Assembly: GCA_020891255.1 (NCBI GenBank)
Contig: BQFW01000007.1
Location: 620,001 to 684,000 of the forward strand
From: Entomortierella parvispora E1425
Lineage: Eukaryota; Fungi; Mortierellomycota
DNA length: 64,000 bases
Direction: 5' to 3'
In this document: piece by piece, positions 38,842 through 50,700 of the stretch
Layout: each line of letters begins with the position of its first letter
How positions within the stretch are numbered: position 1 is the stretch's first letter
The notes under the pieces: model-generated
Databases searched by the model: none
Seen by the model: the letters and a program-made list of their open reading frames with translations, nothing else
Told to the model about the DNA's origin: nothing
Made by a program: the position numbers and the translations under genes

Positions 38842-40246
38842 ATGGACATACGGAATAGCTATACCTCTTCCAGTAACAGTAGTACCGCCCAACATCCCCT
38901 TGATCATCATCAACAGTCGGGGCAATCCACTAGCAACGACCGCGAGGACACTTCTGCTGGCCAGGAATCGACCCTCTCCTTCCATGCCTACTCTCCCTCG
39001 CACAAGAGTCGAGACTCTCTGTCAGCCTCGGGCTCTGACTCTGGCTCGGGCACACCAGCACCGTCACGGATGAGCATCGATTCACCCGGTGCAATTAAGA
39101 TTGCTACAGCGTTCTCAGAACCGGGTATTCCTTCGTCTCCACCTTCTCCTTCTTCCTCAACACCAGTCGCTGCAAGTGCTGCCGCCGCTGCTGCTGCCCC
39201 AAAGAAGAAAAAGGCTACCAAGAAGGTGCTAGCCAAAGGTGCTACAGGCCCATCCACTGCTACCTCGTCGCGGGCGACTGGTGCAGGGATTAACAACCGT
39301 GGAGAGCGCATGACCTTTGAGCTCGACGATGTGATTCGCAAGTATTCACCCGAGCAGTTCAAAACCTGCAAAGCCTACGATGTCGGCGGTGTTAACATCT
39401 TGAACAAGAAGCCCGTCGACTCCAAAACGGCACTTGACAAGATCAAGCGACGTCGAGAGACGCACAATCGAGTCGAGCGACGCAGACGTGACTGTATCAA
39501 CCAGGTAAGAAAGAAGACACTTGTTGATACTAAACTCGTTAAGGGAGACATGGCGGCAAAGTTTCCTTGCTAACACGGTTCTCTTCTATACCCGATGGTA
39601 GTTGATTGATGAGCTGACCGCCCTGCTTCCTCGCGAAGACGATGGCAGTGTCTCCAAGTGCCACCGAGTCAATGTCCTCCGTACCGCTGTGGCCCACATC
39701 CAGAATCTGACTCGCCAAAACGAGAACCTCAAGCTGCAGATCGATGCCATCCACGAGGGGAAGCCAATGCCACCCCCAGCCATCATCACAACCCTGGCGC
39801 CTATGTTGGAAGGGGATGAAGACTTTGACGACAACCAGTCTTACCGGTCCGAGCCTAGCTCTGCCGCCTCATATACCTCTCATGCTCCCCGCTCCCCACT
39901 CTCCCCGGTTACGAGTACTGGTGCCTACTCTCCTCTCCCAAGTCCTGGAGGCCATTACAACCATGGAACAGGCGGACATGGTGAATGGAGACCTGCGCTA
40001 AACCACCTGGCTTCACTGAACCTGTCTGCACCTCTCTCTCCAGATAGCCAGTACCAGCCTCCTTCTAACGGAGAGTCGTCGCAGCAATTGCCGGGTATCC
40101 CTATGATCGTAGAGCCGTCGGAGCACCCTCCTCTTACGGTCGACACAGGCCACCATTCCAAGAGACTGAACAGGCAGACTCTCCCAAAGCTGCAATTGGC
40201 GCCGCCTCCTTTCCATCACCATCACCAGCACCATACCCAGCAGCAG

Positions 40247-40284
<38 letters not shown>

Positions 40285-40699
40285 ACAGCAACAACAACAG
40301 CAGCCGTACCATCGTCATCGATCCAATAGCGGCGGCAGCATGGGTCCTTCATCGCCTTCGTTCTATGGACATGAGCAGACCTCGTCTCCAAACTCGGCTT
40401 ACTCGAGCTATTCGTCATCCTCTGTGCCTTGGTCATCGTCTCCTGGCCCATACTCGGGTCCATACTCGGGTACATCTTCTTCTTTTGGAGGAACCACTAG
40501 TCCTCGCTCACCAGGCTTCTCGAGCTATGGGCCGCCATCGCCTTATTCTCCCTATGGTCCCAGCTCTGCGCATGCGCACATGTCCCGTTCTCCTGTCTTG
40601 GCACCGTGGAACTCGTCTTCCACCCCTAGTTATCCTAGCAGTCTTGGCCCACCTACTTCTCAGTCTCAACACCCCAACTCTGGGGACATAAGCATGTAG
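38842..40699 (+). CDS. bHLH(-zipper) transcription factor with polyQ, 2 exons
   Basis: RRETHNRVERRRRDCINQ|LIDELTALLP...RVNVLRTAVAHIQNL; intron ~39505-39600; 22-Gln tract. Confidence 0.9.
40238..40303 (+). repeat. CAG/CAA polyglutamine tract (22 Q)
   Basis: Read directly in the bHLH gene's second exon. Confidence 0.95.
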
Positions 40700-40967
40700 A
40701 TTATGATATTGTCATCCTCAAAAATGAATTGTTTTTAGTTTTTACTCCAGTATTTTTATTATACCTCTGATTTTTTTATTCCAAAGGAACTGGCAGGGGA
40801 GTTTTTTCGGTTTTCATTCGTTTGCTTGTCTCCGCCATTACATGCCAGGAACCGGAATGTCGACTCTCAGAGCCTCAGGAAGCATGTCGCTTCTATCGAC
40901 AATAACGTCTGCTGCCAGAACAAGGACGATTCTGAATTGTGCTTCTCCGCTTGCATCAGAGTCCACC

Positions 40968-42356
40968 ATGGCATTCAGCACGCGTGCTCTTTTGGGTCAA
41001 TCATGGAGCAGCAACAGTAAAAGTGGCAGTGGTGTGTTCCCAGCCTCTTGCCGTAATAACAGCAAGAGAGGAATTACAAATCCACTGCCTCTGGGATTCT
41101 TCTCGTCGCGTATGGCCCATACGCACACATCTGCCAGCGTACTCTCATCCAGCACACAGATAGTGCAGGCGGGTTACAGACGACTGGGAGGACAGCAACC
41201 AAACTTGCTAAAAGCCATGTCCGGAACCCGGCCTATGTCTTCCTTGATCAACGCTAGGCGACCTCAGTTTCGCAACGTCAACCCGTTCAATTCTTCGAAG
41301 CCTGTGGTGTATTCGATTGTGGCTGTAAACGTGGCAATCTTTGTGGTCTGGCAGTACGCAGAAGGGAACGCCACCCGATTCCGGGACGGAAGGTTACTTC
41401 GGTTTATGTTTCAAAACTTCTCGGACTCTGAACAGAACTTGAGGGAGGGTCGAATCTGGACTCTACTTACAAGCACGTTCAGTCATCGGGAGTGGTACCA
41501 TATCCTTTTGAACATGATGGTGCTTGTATCCTTCGGAGACCCAGTAAGTTTTTACGGATATTTTGAACATTTCGCTGCTTCTGCTCGCTGATGGTGGTCG
41601 TGATCTAACTCGTCTTGTACAATTTTTATTCTTTGATGAAGGTGTGGAGGTTGCTTGGAACTGGCCGGTTCATGGCCGTCTATGTGGGATCAGGCATAGC
41701 ATCGTCGTTAGCGAGTGTTCTATACTATCAGTCTTTGCAGCCATACCTGAGGAGACAGCAGAACAAACCTATTAGCAACTCCATTCATTATTCTCTTGGA
41801 GCATCAGGTAAGCAGTTAGACCTTGGTCCTGCCCACATTATGATGATTTAACGCTGAAAAACGGCAAACTGATATTTTGGTTCTCAAATGTAATCACTCT
41901 ACAACTTCAGGTTCCATCATGGGCATCACAACAGCCTTTGCCTGCGTTTACCCTATGGCCCAGTACTCACTGTTCTTCATACTCACCATGCCAGCAGCTG
42001 CCCTTATTGGTAAGAGTTTGGAAGTATAGTTTGTCAATGACTTTGACTTCAATTGACAGCACTCTACAATGCCTAACTTTTCAACATCGCCTTGCAATGA
42101 CCTCGTAGGACTTTTCGGCGCGTACGAGCTGTACAATGTCCTCTCTACCAATGTACGTAAACACCTCATGTTCTTTTATGATCTGCAAGCGACACAATGA
42201 TATCGGACCATTCGACAGAAAAAGGACTTCTGACTGACCGTTCTTCTTGCTCTTTAGACTGGACGCTTTGATTCTGCGGGCCATTTAGGTGGAGGGCTAT
42301 TTGGAGCTGCCTACTACCTGACGCGTCTTCGCCCTTACCTCCGAAAAGTTCGATAG
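40968..42356 (+). CDS. PCP1: Rhomboid intramembrane serine protease (PARL/Pcp1-like), multi-exon
   Basis: Basic presequence-like N-terminus; WTLLTSTFSHREWYHILLNM; catalytic GASG and AGHLGG motifs. Confidence 0.8.
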
Positions 42357-42898
42357 TGAAGAGGGAATCTCGCTAATAAAAAAAAAATAGATAACGGTCT
42401 TGTTCTCGAATAAGACTGGTAACAGACAACAAGTGGCCAAAACGCAATTTGCATCTGTTGTGTCACCATGGAGCATGAAGACTTCTCCACATCTTCACAG
42501 GAGAGTAAGTGGATGATATACTGTCCTCTCTCTGACGTGGCAAATACAGGACAGTAAACAGACAAGATCAAATAGCCATTACTGATTTCAATCTCGCGCT
42601 GTGCCCTTTCACTGCAGGTTACTGTAACCTCCTTTTTATTTTTTGTTCTTTGCATCTTTGGGCTGGTTACCGCACTGCCGGAGAGGAACCTGGCGCGTAG
42701 AAGAAGCGGATCTTTACGTCTTTTGGTTTTCTACTATAGTGTCATCAGATCGAACTCTGCTCAATCTGGATCATCCTTGGCGCGGCTGCAAAAAGCTATA
42801 TAACAGCCCCGTTTCGTCTGCTTGACACAAAAAAAAAGCATTACTTCCCTCAACTCATCTCTTTGTATCTCACATACTTCCTTACACTTTCCCCAAAG

Positions 42899-43504
42899 AT
42901 GCACGCCAAAATCATTCTCCTCGTCGTCGCTTTGAGCGCAATTGCCTCCCATGCTGCCGCACTTCCAGGTGGCACCCAAGAGATGTCTGTTGGAGTTGCC
43001 GAAGCACAGATCATGGGCATGGCTGCTTACTCCCTCTACCGTCGTGAAGAACGCGACAGCTCATCAATGATGGCAAAGGCTGTGTCCACCAACGATGCCA
43101 CTGCTATTGCCACTGTCACGAAAGAAAGCAAGAATGGTATCTCTGTAGCAGCCAAGAACGGCGACTGCGATGACGACGATGACGAGGACGACGACGATGA
43201 TGACGACGATGACGACGAGAGTAGGAGCAGGCGCCATCATGGTAGCAGTGAAAGCAGCAGCGGCAACCACGGTGGAAGTCAATCCCATCACAATGGCCAG
43301 AACGGCGACGACCACGACTCACAGCCGCAACACGATGCCGGAGGTGATCATCGCAACAATGAGCCTACACCGACTAACTCTGCCGGACAGCCAGGTCCTT
43401 CCGTCAGCCACAGGCCCTCGTCGGCGATCAAGACCACATTGAAGAGCCAGTCGGTCGTCATTGCATCCCTGCTGACGATCGTAGTCACTGGCTACTTACT
43501 CTAG
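42899..43504 (+). CDS. Secreted, probably GPI-anchored low-complexity protein
   Basis: Signal peptide MHAKIILLVVALSAIASHAAA, poly-Asp and H/G/S-rich body, hydrophobic C-terminus. Confidence 0.7.
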   Translation: MHAKIILLVVALSAIASHAAALPGGTQEMSVGVAEAQIMGMAAYSLYRREERDSSSMMAKAVSTNDATAIATVTKESKNGISVAAKNGDCDDDDDEDDDDDDDDDDESRSRRHHGSSESSSGNHGGSQSHHNGQNGDDHDSQPQHDAGGDHRNNEPTPTNSAGQPGPSVSHRPSSAIKTTLKSQSVVIASLLTIVVTGYLL

Positions 43505-43634
43505 ACTCCTATAGTGACCATCTACCAAGACCACCCTAATGTATCGACCTATCTATCCCAGCATGTAATATTCGGGAAACTACAATAGAAATGCAAAACC
43601 TCGTACCTCCGTTTTATTATGACTTTGGATTTTG

Positions 43635-45193
43635 TTACTCTTTGACGGCCTTCCTCTTCTTGGACTTTTTATCCTCAAGTTTACCCATGCTCTCCCAAAG
43701 ATCATCATCGTTCTCTTCATCGTCCTCGCCGCCCTTGGCGCGCTTGTTGTTTGATGTTGTCTCTTCCTCATCCTCTGCAATTTCGGCGGGAGTGAACTCG
43801 CCAACAACCACAGCGGTCATACGCTGCTTCAAATAGACCTTGTGCAACAACTTTCTGCTCTTGGTCATGTCATGGACGCGTAAGCACCGGTCCAGAGCCA
43901 CAGTGACCAAGTGCATGGTATCCGTATCTTCGAATCTGAATGTTGAGAGAGATGTGGCAACACCAGTGAATCCTAAAGAGGCATCAAACAAGAAATGTGA
44001 GTCAACCAAGAGCAAGTAGCGACTTTTCTTCTTGTAAAAAAATATACCTTTGTACTGTCCGATAATAGCTCCGGTGAGGGTATCAACCGAGTAAACGTTC
44101 GTCACCGTATCCGAAAAGACAACTTCGCTGGCATCCTTTCCGTTCGTCATTGCCACCACGGGCATATCACCGACCTCGACATCGACGGCGGGACGACGAG
44201 CTCCCTTGGTGTCATAGACTCGAATCTGATGGTGCTTAGTACCAACAGCGACTCTGGTTAAGTCAAACTGGCTCAAAAAGACCAAATCCGTGTTCCAGAC
44301 AGGGACCCGAAGATCCAAATGATCGTTCTTCACGTTCTTGGCTTTGAAAATCTGTCCGTTGCCCAAGATCTCCTTGGATTTGTACCGTGCTGCTCCCTTC
44401 TCTGCTGCTGGTGTTGATGCTGGTGTTGGTGCTGGTGCTGGTGCTTTTGACTTTGATGATGATGCTGTGTTCTTTCCGTTCTTCTTCTTTCCTTTTGTCG
44501 TCGTCTCCTCAACCGCGGGGGTTTCCTCCTCCTTGAAAAGCTGCTTCAGATCCCAGATGGTCATCTCCTGCTCCTTTCCAGCAGTGGCAACCACATGATG
44601 TTCCCGAGGATGGACTCTCATCCTGCAAATGTCTTTTCCGACCTCGAGGGTCTTTGTGGCAGAGGGGTCCTGGATTGAATGCACGGTCAAAAGACCAGTG
44701 TTGGTGCAGGTGATGACCGATTCCGAGTTGGCAAACAAGCCCACAAAGACAGTGTCCTCCTTCTTGACAACGCCCTTGATCCCAGTATTCTGGATCTCCT
44801 GAGGGACCAACTCCTGCTTGAAGTCCTTGACGGGAGTTCCGTCCTTGGGGTCCAACAACTCAATGACTCCGTTTTTGCGGGCAACAACCAAATGGTTCTT
44901 TTCATGATCCCAGCACATCAATTGAACGGCCTTATTACGATCAGGGACACCCCAAGTCTCAATAGTAGGAACAGGCTTGGCTGGGGGTTCTGGGGTAGGC
45001 TGGTTACGACGCACACGCTTAACCTTGACCACAGGCAACTCAGTGATGGTCACGACTAGAAAAAAAGAAGAAAATACAAATATAAGTCTCAAAACCAAAA
45101 GTAGGTGAGCACCCAAACAAAGTGTAGGTCGGTTGATAGTGTACCTTTGACGAGACCCTGCTCATCGCCAGTGTAGAACCGTTGTGAAGACAT
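43635..45193 (-). CDS. NSA1: WDR74/Nsa1 ribosome biogenesis WD40 protein, 3 exons
   Basis: MSSQRFYTGDEQGLVK; FKAKNVKNDHLDLRVPVW; HQIRVYDTKGARRP; VALDRCLRVH...KVYLKQRM. Confidence 0.92.
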
Positions 45194-46470
45194 GGACGGC
45201 GCAGAAAGTGAATTAGAGGAATGTAGCTTTGAGAGGGTTCAATGCAGGAACAATGGACACAAGAGCTCAAGCACATGCCAAAAAAAAAAAGAAAAAAGAA
45301 AAGTTGTTTACAGGAAAACGGGACTGCCAAAAACACCGCCACCAAATATTTTGAGTGTTCCTGCCCAGCTCTTGACTTTTGAGTCCTCCAACCCCCGCTC
45401 TCCTTCCTACCTTCCTACCTTCCTACGGGTGTTTTTACCTCTCTGTATCGGCCTCTCTGTGTATGTGAGAAGCTGGACAATGGTTTTATTCCTGCGCAGG
45501 CTTGTGTATGCTCAAGAGAACGTGCTTCTATTGCCTTAATTCATTCTGAAGATACACCATGTTGCTACCTCTTTTCCCTGGCACTTAGACTTGGGAGTTG
45601 GACGCGCAGTGGGAAACTTGACAATGGTAAACATTGACGGTAGCTTTCTGTAAACAGTTGGAAGACAGCTGAACGAGAGGATGGCAACACTCTGGCTATA
45701 AGGAACGGCATATTAACTTCAGCCCGCCAGGCGGTTCGGTGACGTTTTATTCGCGCCCAAAGTCCCGACACCCAAAATCTTTTTGTTTTTGTCAAAAGTG
45801 AATTGCATTCGACCGAAGGCGATTTGATTCCTCCACCCCACTCTTTGGTAAGGATCGATGCATCAACTCGAGTCGCGAATCTACACTTTCACAACTGCAG
45901 GAGTTTCTCGATATTTGAGCTGCAGGATTCCGTAAAAAAAAAAAAAAAAAGGCGAACAATGTCGTCTTTTTAGCAGCTCTTTGCAGGACACGATTTCACC
46001 TTGGTGGCGGATCTATAAGCGAACTCATCAGGGACAGGAACAGACGAGGAAATACCTACCTATGTATCAGATGGAGCGTCAGCATAGCACCAGGGAGGAG
46101 GGTCCTAACTGGAACCCAAGAAAATGCTGTTATTTTCGGACGGTTGCATTTGAAGCGCGATATCGAAAATTGACGGCATTTTTGAGAGGACTACGGACAT
46201 ATGGAGACCAGCTATGACAAAATGGCGAGCGTTTCTTGACTTTTATGGTTGGAATACTGGGAAAGCACTCATAGTTATGACTGTGAGCGCCGACCGTTGT
46301 TCTACGATCGCATTGGGGAGAAAACCAGGAAAGATGTGGACAAGTACCTACTGGGCAACAGGAGGAACGAAACTCTTGGAGACACAGCATCTAACCTTTC
46401 TCTCGCCATGACTACATGGTTCCTTCTCTACACAGTATATCCTCCCCCCGCCCCTCTCTATATATTCACC

Positions 46471-47130
46471 ATGAACCCCGAGAAACTCGCTAAGCTCCAG
46501 GCTCAGGGCCGTTCCGGCTCCAAGGGTACCCCCCGCCGTGTCATCAAGAAGGTCCACCGCGCCGTCGCTCAGGATGACCGCAAGCTCCAGGGAGCTCTTG
46601 AGAAGCTGGCCTTGTCCAACTTGCCTTACGTCGAGGAGGTCAACATGTTCAAGGAGGACAGCACCATCCTTCACTTCCGTGCCCCCAAGGGTAAGCCTTG
46701 CTATACCTCAGGAATCCAAAAATGAAGGAAAATTGGAAAAACAGAGTCCATGGGAGGCAGGAGATACTTGGATCTCATGCCTGGACAACTCGGAACGCGT
46801 GCGACAGTCTTTAACACCTCTTTGTTCCATTTTTTTCTGGATTTCTTGCGAATAGTCCACGCCAGCACCACCTCCAACACCTATGCCGTCTACGGTCGCG
46901 GTGAGGAGAAGGAGATGACTGAGCTCGTCCCCGGTATCTTGAACCAGCTCGGACCTGACTCCTTGGCTTCCCTCCGTCGCCTTGCCCAGTCCTACCAGCA
47001 GTCCGCTGCCGGTCAGGCTGCCATGGCTGCTTCCGGAATCACTGCCGAGGATCTCGCCGACGATGATGAGGTCCCTGACTTGGTCGAGAGCTTCGAGGAG
47101 GCTTCGGTCGAGGAGGAGGCCAAGGCTTAA
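46471..47130 (+). CDS. EGD1: Nascent polypeptide-associated complex subunit beta, 2 exons
   Basis: [10 protein letters not shown]...[12 protein letters not shown]...DDRKLQ...[10 protein letters not shown]...HFRAPK | VHAS...[15 protein letters not shown]. Confidence 0.97.
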
Positions 47131-47766
47131 AAAATCTGTCCCTCTTTTATGCCTGGCTCCAAAATGGAGTAAAATTCACAAGTGTTTTTTGAAATAAAAA
47201 TATTCAACCAAAAAAAAAAAAAAAAAAAAACGACAGGATGAAATGAGTATTCTACAGACGAACTTCTCGAAATGAATAATGTCGTTTTATGGAGTTCATT
47301 TATTATGTATAATATATTAGTGTTATTGTGTTTGCAGGGTGCAACTGCGAGGGGCATCAGTAATAAAAAATATCCTAGGTTTTTTTTTGGAAATCTGATG
47401 GCCTGAACCATCAGCTATCGATCATCCACTCGTCCTTTCTTGCTCCTTTACTTTCCCCGCGCCTTTCCTTTCTCACCATTCCTGCTTCATTAACTGAATA
47501 TTACAAACTACTACTTTTCTGCACTCCTCATCATCTATCACTGCCCTTGGACACTCAGAGCTTGCCGTCACTGACTGTAAGGATCACGCTCTATGGACAA
47601 AATCTATCTTTTCGAGACAAGGCTTTTGGCATATGCACTGTGAAAAAGGCGCAAACTGTCGTTGTCCTCTTTGGGGCGGACTCTTAGCTCCATCAGGAGA
47701 GTGAACTGTAGTCAGCATAGTACATATCCATTAACTGAAGTTGCGTAATCGCCTTTGGTGTCATAG

Positions 47767-50700
47767 ATGGGCGTGGCCAGCACCTGGCCGTATTTGGCCA
47801 ACATCGAAGGCCTGGAGTATCCCGAAGTTGTGCCCAAAGATGTTTTCCCGAGAGTCCACATCGACATTCCTGCTATCTTGTTTGCGCTTGTGAGAAGCAT
47901 CCGCTGCAACAAGATCTTTGCGGAAATGAAAAATCACATGAACTCCTCGGCCAACCTCGAGGCGCCCTACATGCTTCCCGCTGAGATCTCTCTTTTTTTG
48001 ACCAAAGTCCCTCCTCTTGAGACTGATGCCATCAAGAGCAACACGGAGTTTTTATCACTGATCGGCTCCGAGTCTACGCTCCCTCCAGTCCCCTCGGCAA
48101 TATTTGAGATCGACATCTCGGCGGCGATCGACAAAACACTGTTGAAAAAGTTTTCTAAAGACCAAGGAATACTCCACTTTGACGGCGCCAGAACTATTCA
48201 AAAGACATACGCCCGCCAGAAAAGAGATCGTTCTCGAATCGGAGCGATTGCAGCGTTTGTCCACAAGGCATCATCCGTTTTGTCCCATCTTGCCCATCTG
48301 CATTCGCAAGTGTCCCTGAAAACTGCAGCCGGAAAGGCCAAGCCAACAAAGAACCAAGTACTTCGGTTAGTGAAGAGGATTCGCGGCCCACTGATCAAGG
48401 CGTGGATAAATACAAAGGCAATCTCTCATAAGGACTGGGACACACTTGGCAATCAACTCGGCTCAAAGGGATGGAAGGTACACGCCTGCCCAGGGGAGGC
48501 TGATGTTTGCATCAGTAGGCATGCTGAAGAAGAGCAGGAAGACACTGTGGTTGCGTCGGCTGATAGCGACAATGTTTTCCACGGAGCTTCATACGTACTG
48601 CGCAAAAGTCCTCAAGGCGGCCGGTATTACAAATATGATATCGGGGCGATCCTCGGGAGTCTTGAGCTGTCTTATGAACAATGGCAAGCTGTGGCAGTTC
48701 TGGCAGAGAATGATTACGATCGAAAGGTCCCCGGCCTAGGCCTTACCAAGATTGTAGATACCATCCGCGACATGGACGAAATGCCAGACATGCCAAAGGC
48801 TGTCGACTACGTCAAGAAGTTCTGCTCTCAGAAGTCGATCGATCAGGCTGTCTTTGAGAACAGCGTGGATATCTTCGTCGACAATAAGCAGGATATAGAC
48901 ACCGGCATCATATTGGAGGATAATGCGGCAAAGCTCGTCGACCACTTGATGCTGCATATCGTGAATGAAGTCTCCAAGCTTCGATATAGGTAAGTGTCAA
49001 GAGTTTGTCCTATTGAAAGGCACTCAAGGACAGCAGTACTGACTTGTTTTCTCCCCTATGCGATTTCTCAAACAGGAACAAGCGGACCAAACCAACCGCA
49101 AGGTAAGATATCTCAAATTGTCACTCTTTTTTTTTCTTTTCTTTTCTTTTCTTTTCTTTTCTTTTCTTTTCTTTTCTTTTCTTTTCTTTTCTTTTCTGAA
49201 CGAATGTCATCAATCCGTCCTTCATCAGGTCAAGCGCCTCATCATTGCCTGTGGTCCCGGAAGGAGGAAGCTCAAGTCAGACAGAGACTAAGCAAGGGTA
49301 TGGTATCATATTGCTATGCAGAGAGAAAGCATACCATGCCGAAGATCCCTTTCTAAACACTACTGCACTTTATGAATAGCTTTCTGCGATTCATGTGGGA
49401 TAGAAAGCGGCCAGACTATCTTTCAAAGATTCGGCATCATGATCGCACAGCTTGGTCGGAGAGTCTTCCCCCTGGCTGGTCTAGGAATGAGGGACCCGTG
49501 GGGCTATACGATCAGTCCATAGGCCCTCCAAAAGTCCATCCCGTCGCTCCGAACGCAACCCACACCAGCAACTCTGACAACCAAACTGGATCTGCACCAC
49601 TTGCGACGGATCTAGTCAACCAGAACTTGGAAGGTGACAACCCAGCAGGTTCATCTTCGATTCCTACTGCCTCAACCAGTCAGAAGCGTCCCCTTTCGCA
49701 GGAGGCAAGCCAAAAGAAGAAGAAAAAGACAAACGAAAAAAAGGCGGCTACCTCCAAGCCCGTTTACAACCGTTCAAGCAGAAAGGCGCGACATGCTGTA
49801 AACAAACAGATGGGCGACTTGACGTCTTCGGCTGGCTCAGTCACTGCGACAAGGAGGGAGCACGATACCACGCACATTAAAGCTACTCTGGAAACAACGT
49901 TTTCCCAGGTGGCACTCCAGCCGGGTACTCTGTGCTCCACACTTTACAAAGGGCTTGAAAGCCAGATGAAGGGATCGACACTATTGGAAGTACAGGATAC
50001 GTACCGATCCATGCGGACAATGATGATGGACCTGGTCAAAGCAAACTCTGACGCAGTTTGGTCGGCGATTGCGGTATTGCAAGACTATGCGCTGTCTATT
50101 TTCAAGTCTCACCCCACACTTGACGAAGACGACGTCAAGAAAAGAAAAGATGCACTTGGTCCAGTCTACACAAGTCAAATCTTCGTATATCATGTGGTCC
50201 GGGCCCTTTGGAGATGGAGCGATCTTACAGACGCTACCCTCACTCAGCTCAAGTGCGAAGGCACACAGCGGCTTGCGTTTACGGTGGTACTGGAGTTCAA
50301 AAAGAAGCATAGCAACCAGCAGGCCGGCGGGATCCCATTTGACCCCTTTACAAAGAGACCAGAGAAGGCGGTCAGCGCCAAGTTCTTGGAATCTTGCGCA
50401 CGCAGCACGCACGACTTAATCTGCAGCCTTGTTCTGAGAAACGTCGGCGAACTTAAGCAACGAGTAAGTGCTTGACATTCATGGTGCAATGTTTAATGGT
50501 CTTTATGTCTTTGCTCGTCGCTGACTCTTGTCTCTGTCCTGTTCGCTAGGTTCTTGTCCAGCAGATACAATTCTCAAAGTCCGAGCAAGGACGACTTTTC
50601 CTGGATTCGATTGAAGGCACTGGTCGGTCAAAGTTGCACGATCCCGTATCCGTTCACTTGCTTCTGAACGCGTTACTGCGACCCGACAGTCAAGTTGCGC

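Noticed and set aside
45981-46411. Short ORFs between NSA1 and EGD1
   Set aside because: No motifs; they lie in a divergent promoter region and have lengths expected by chance.
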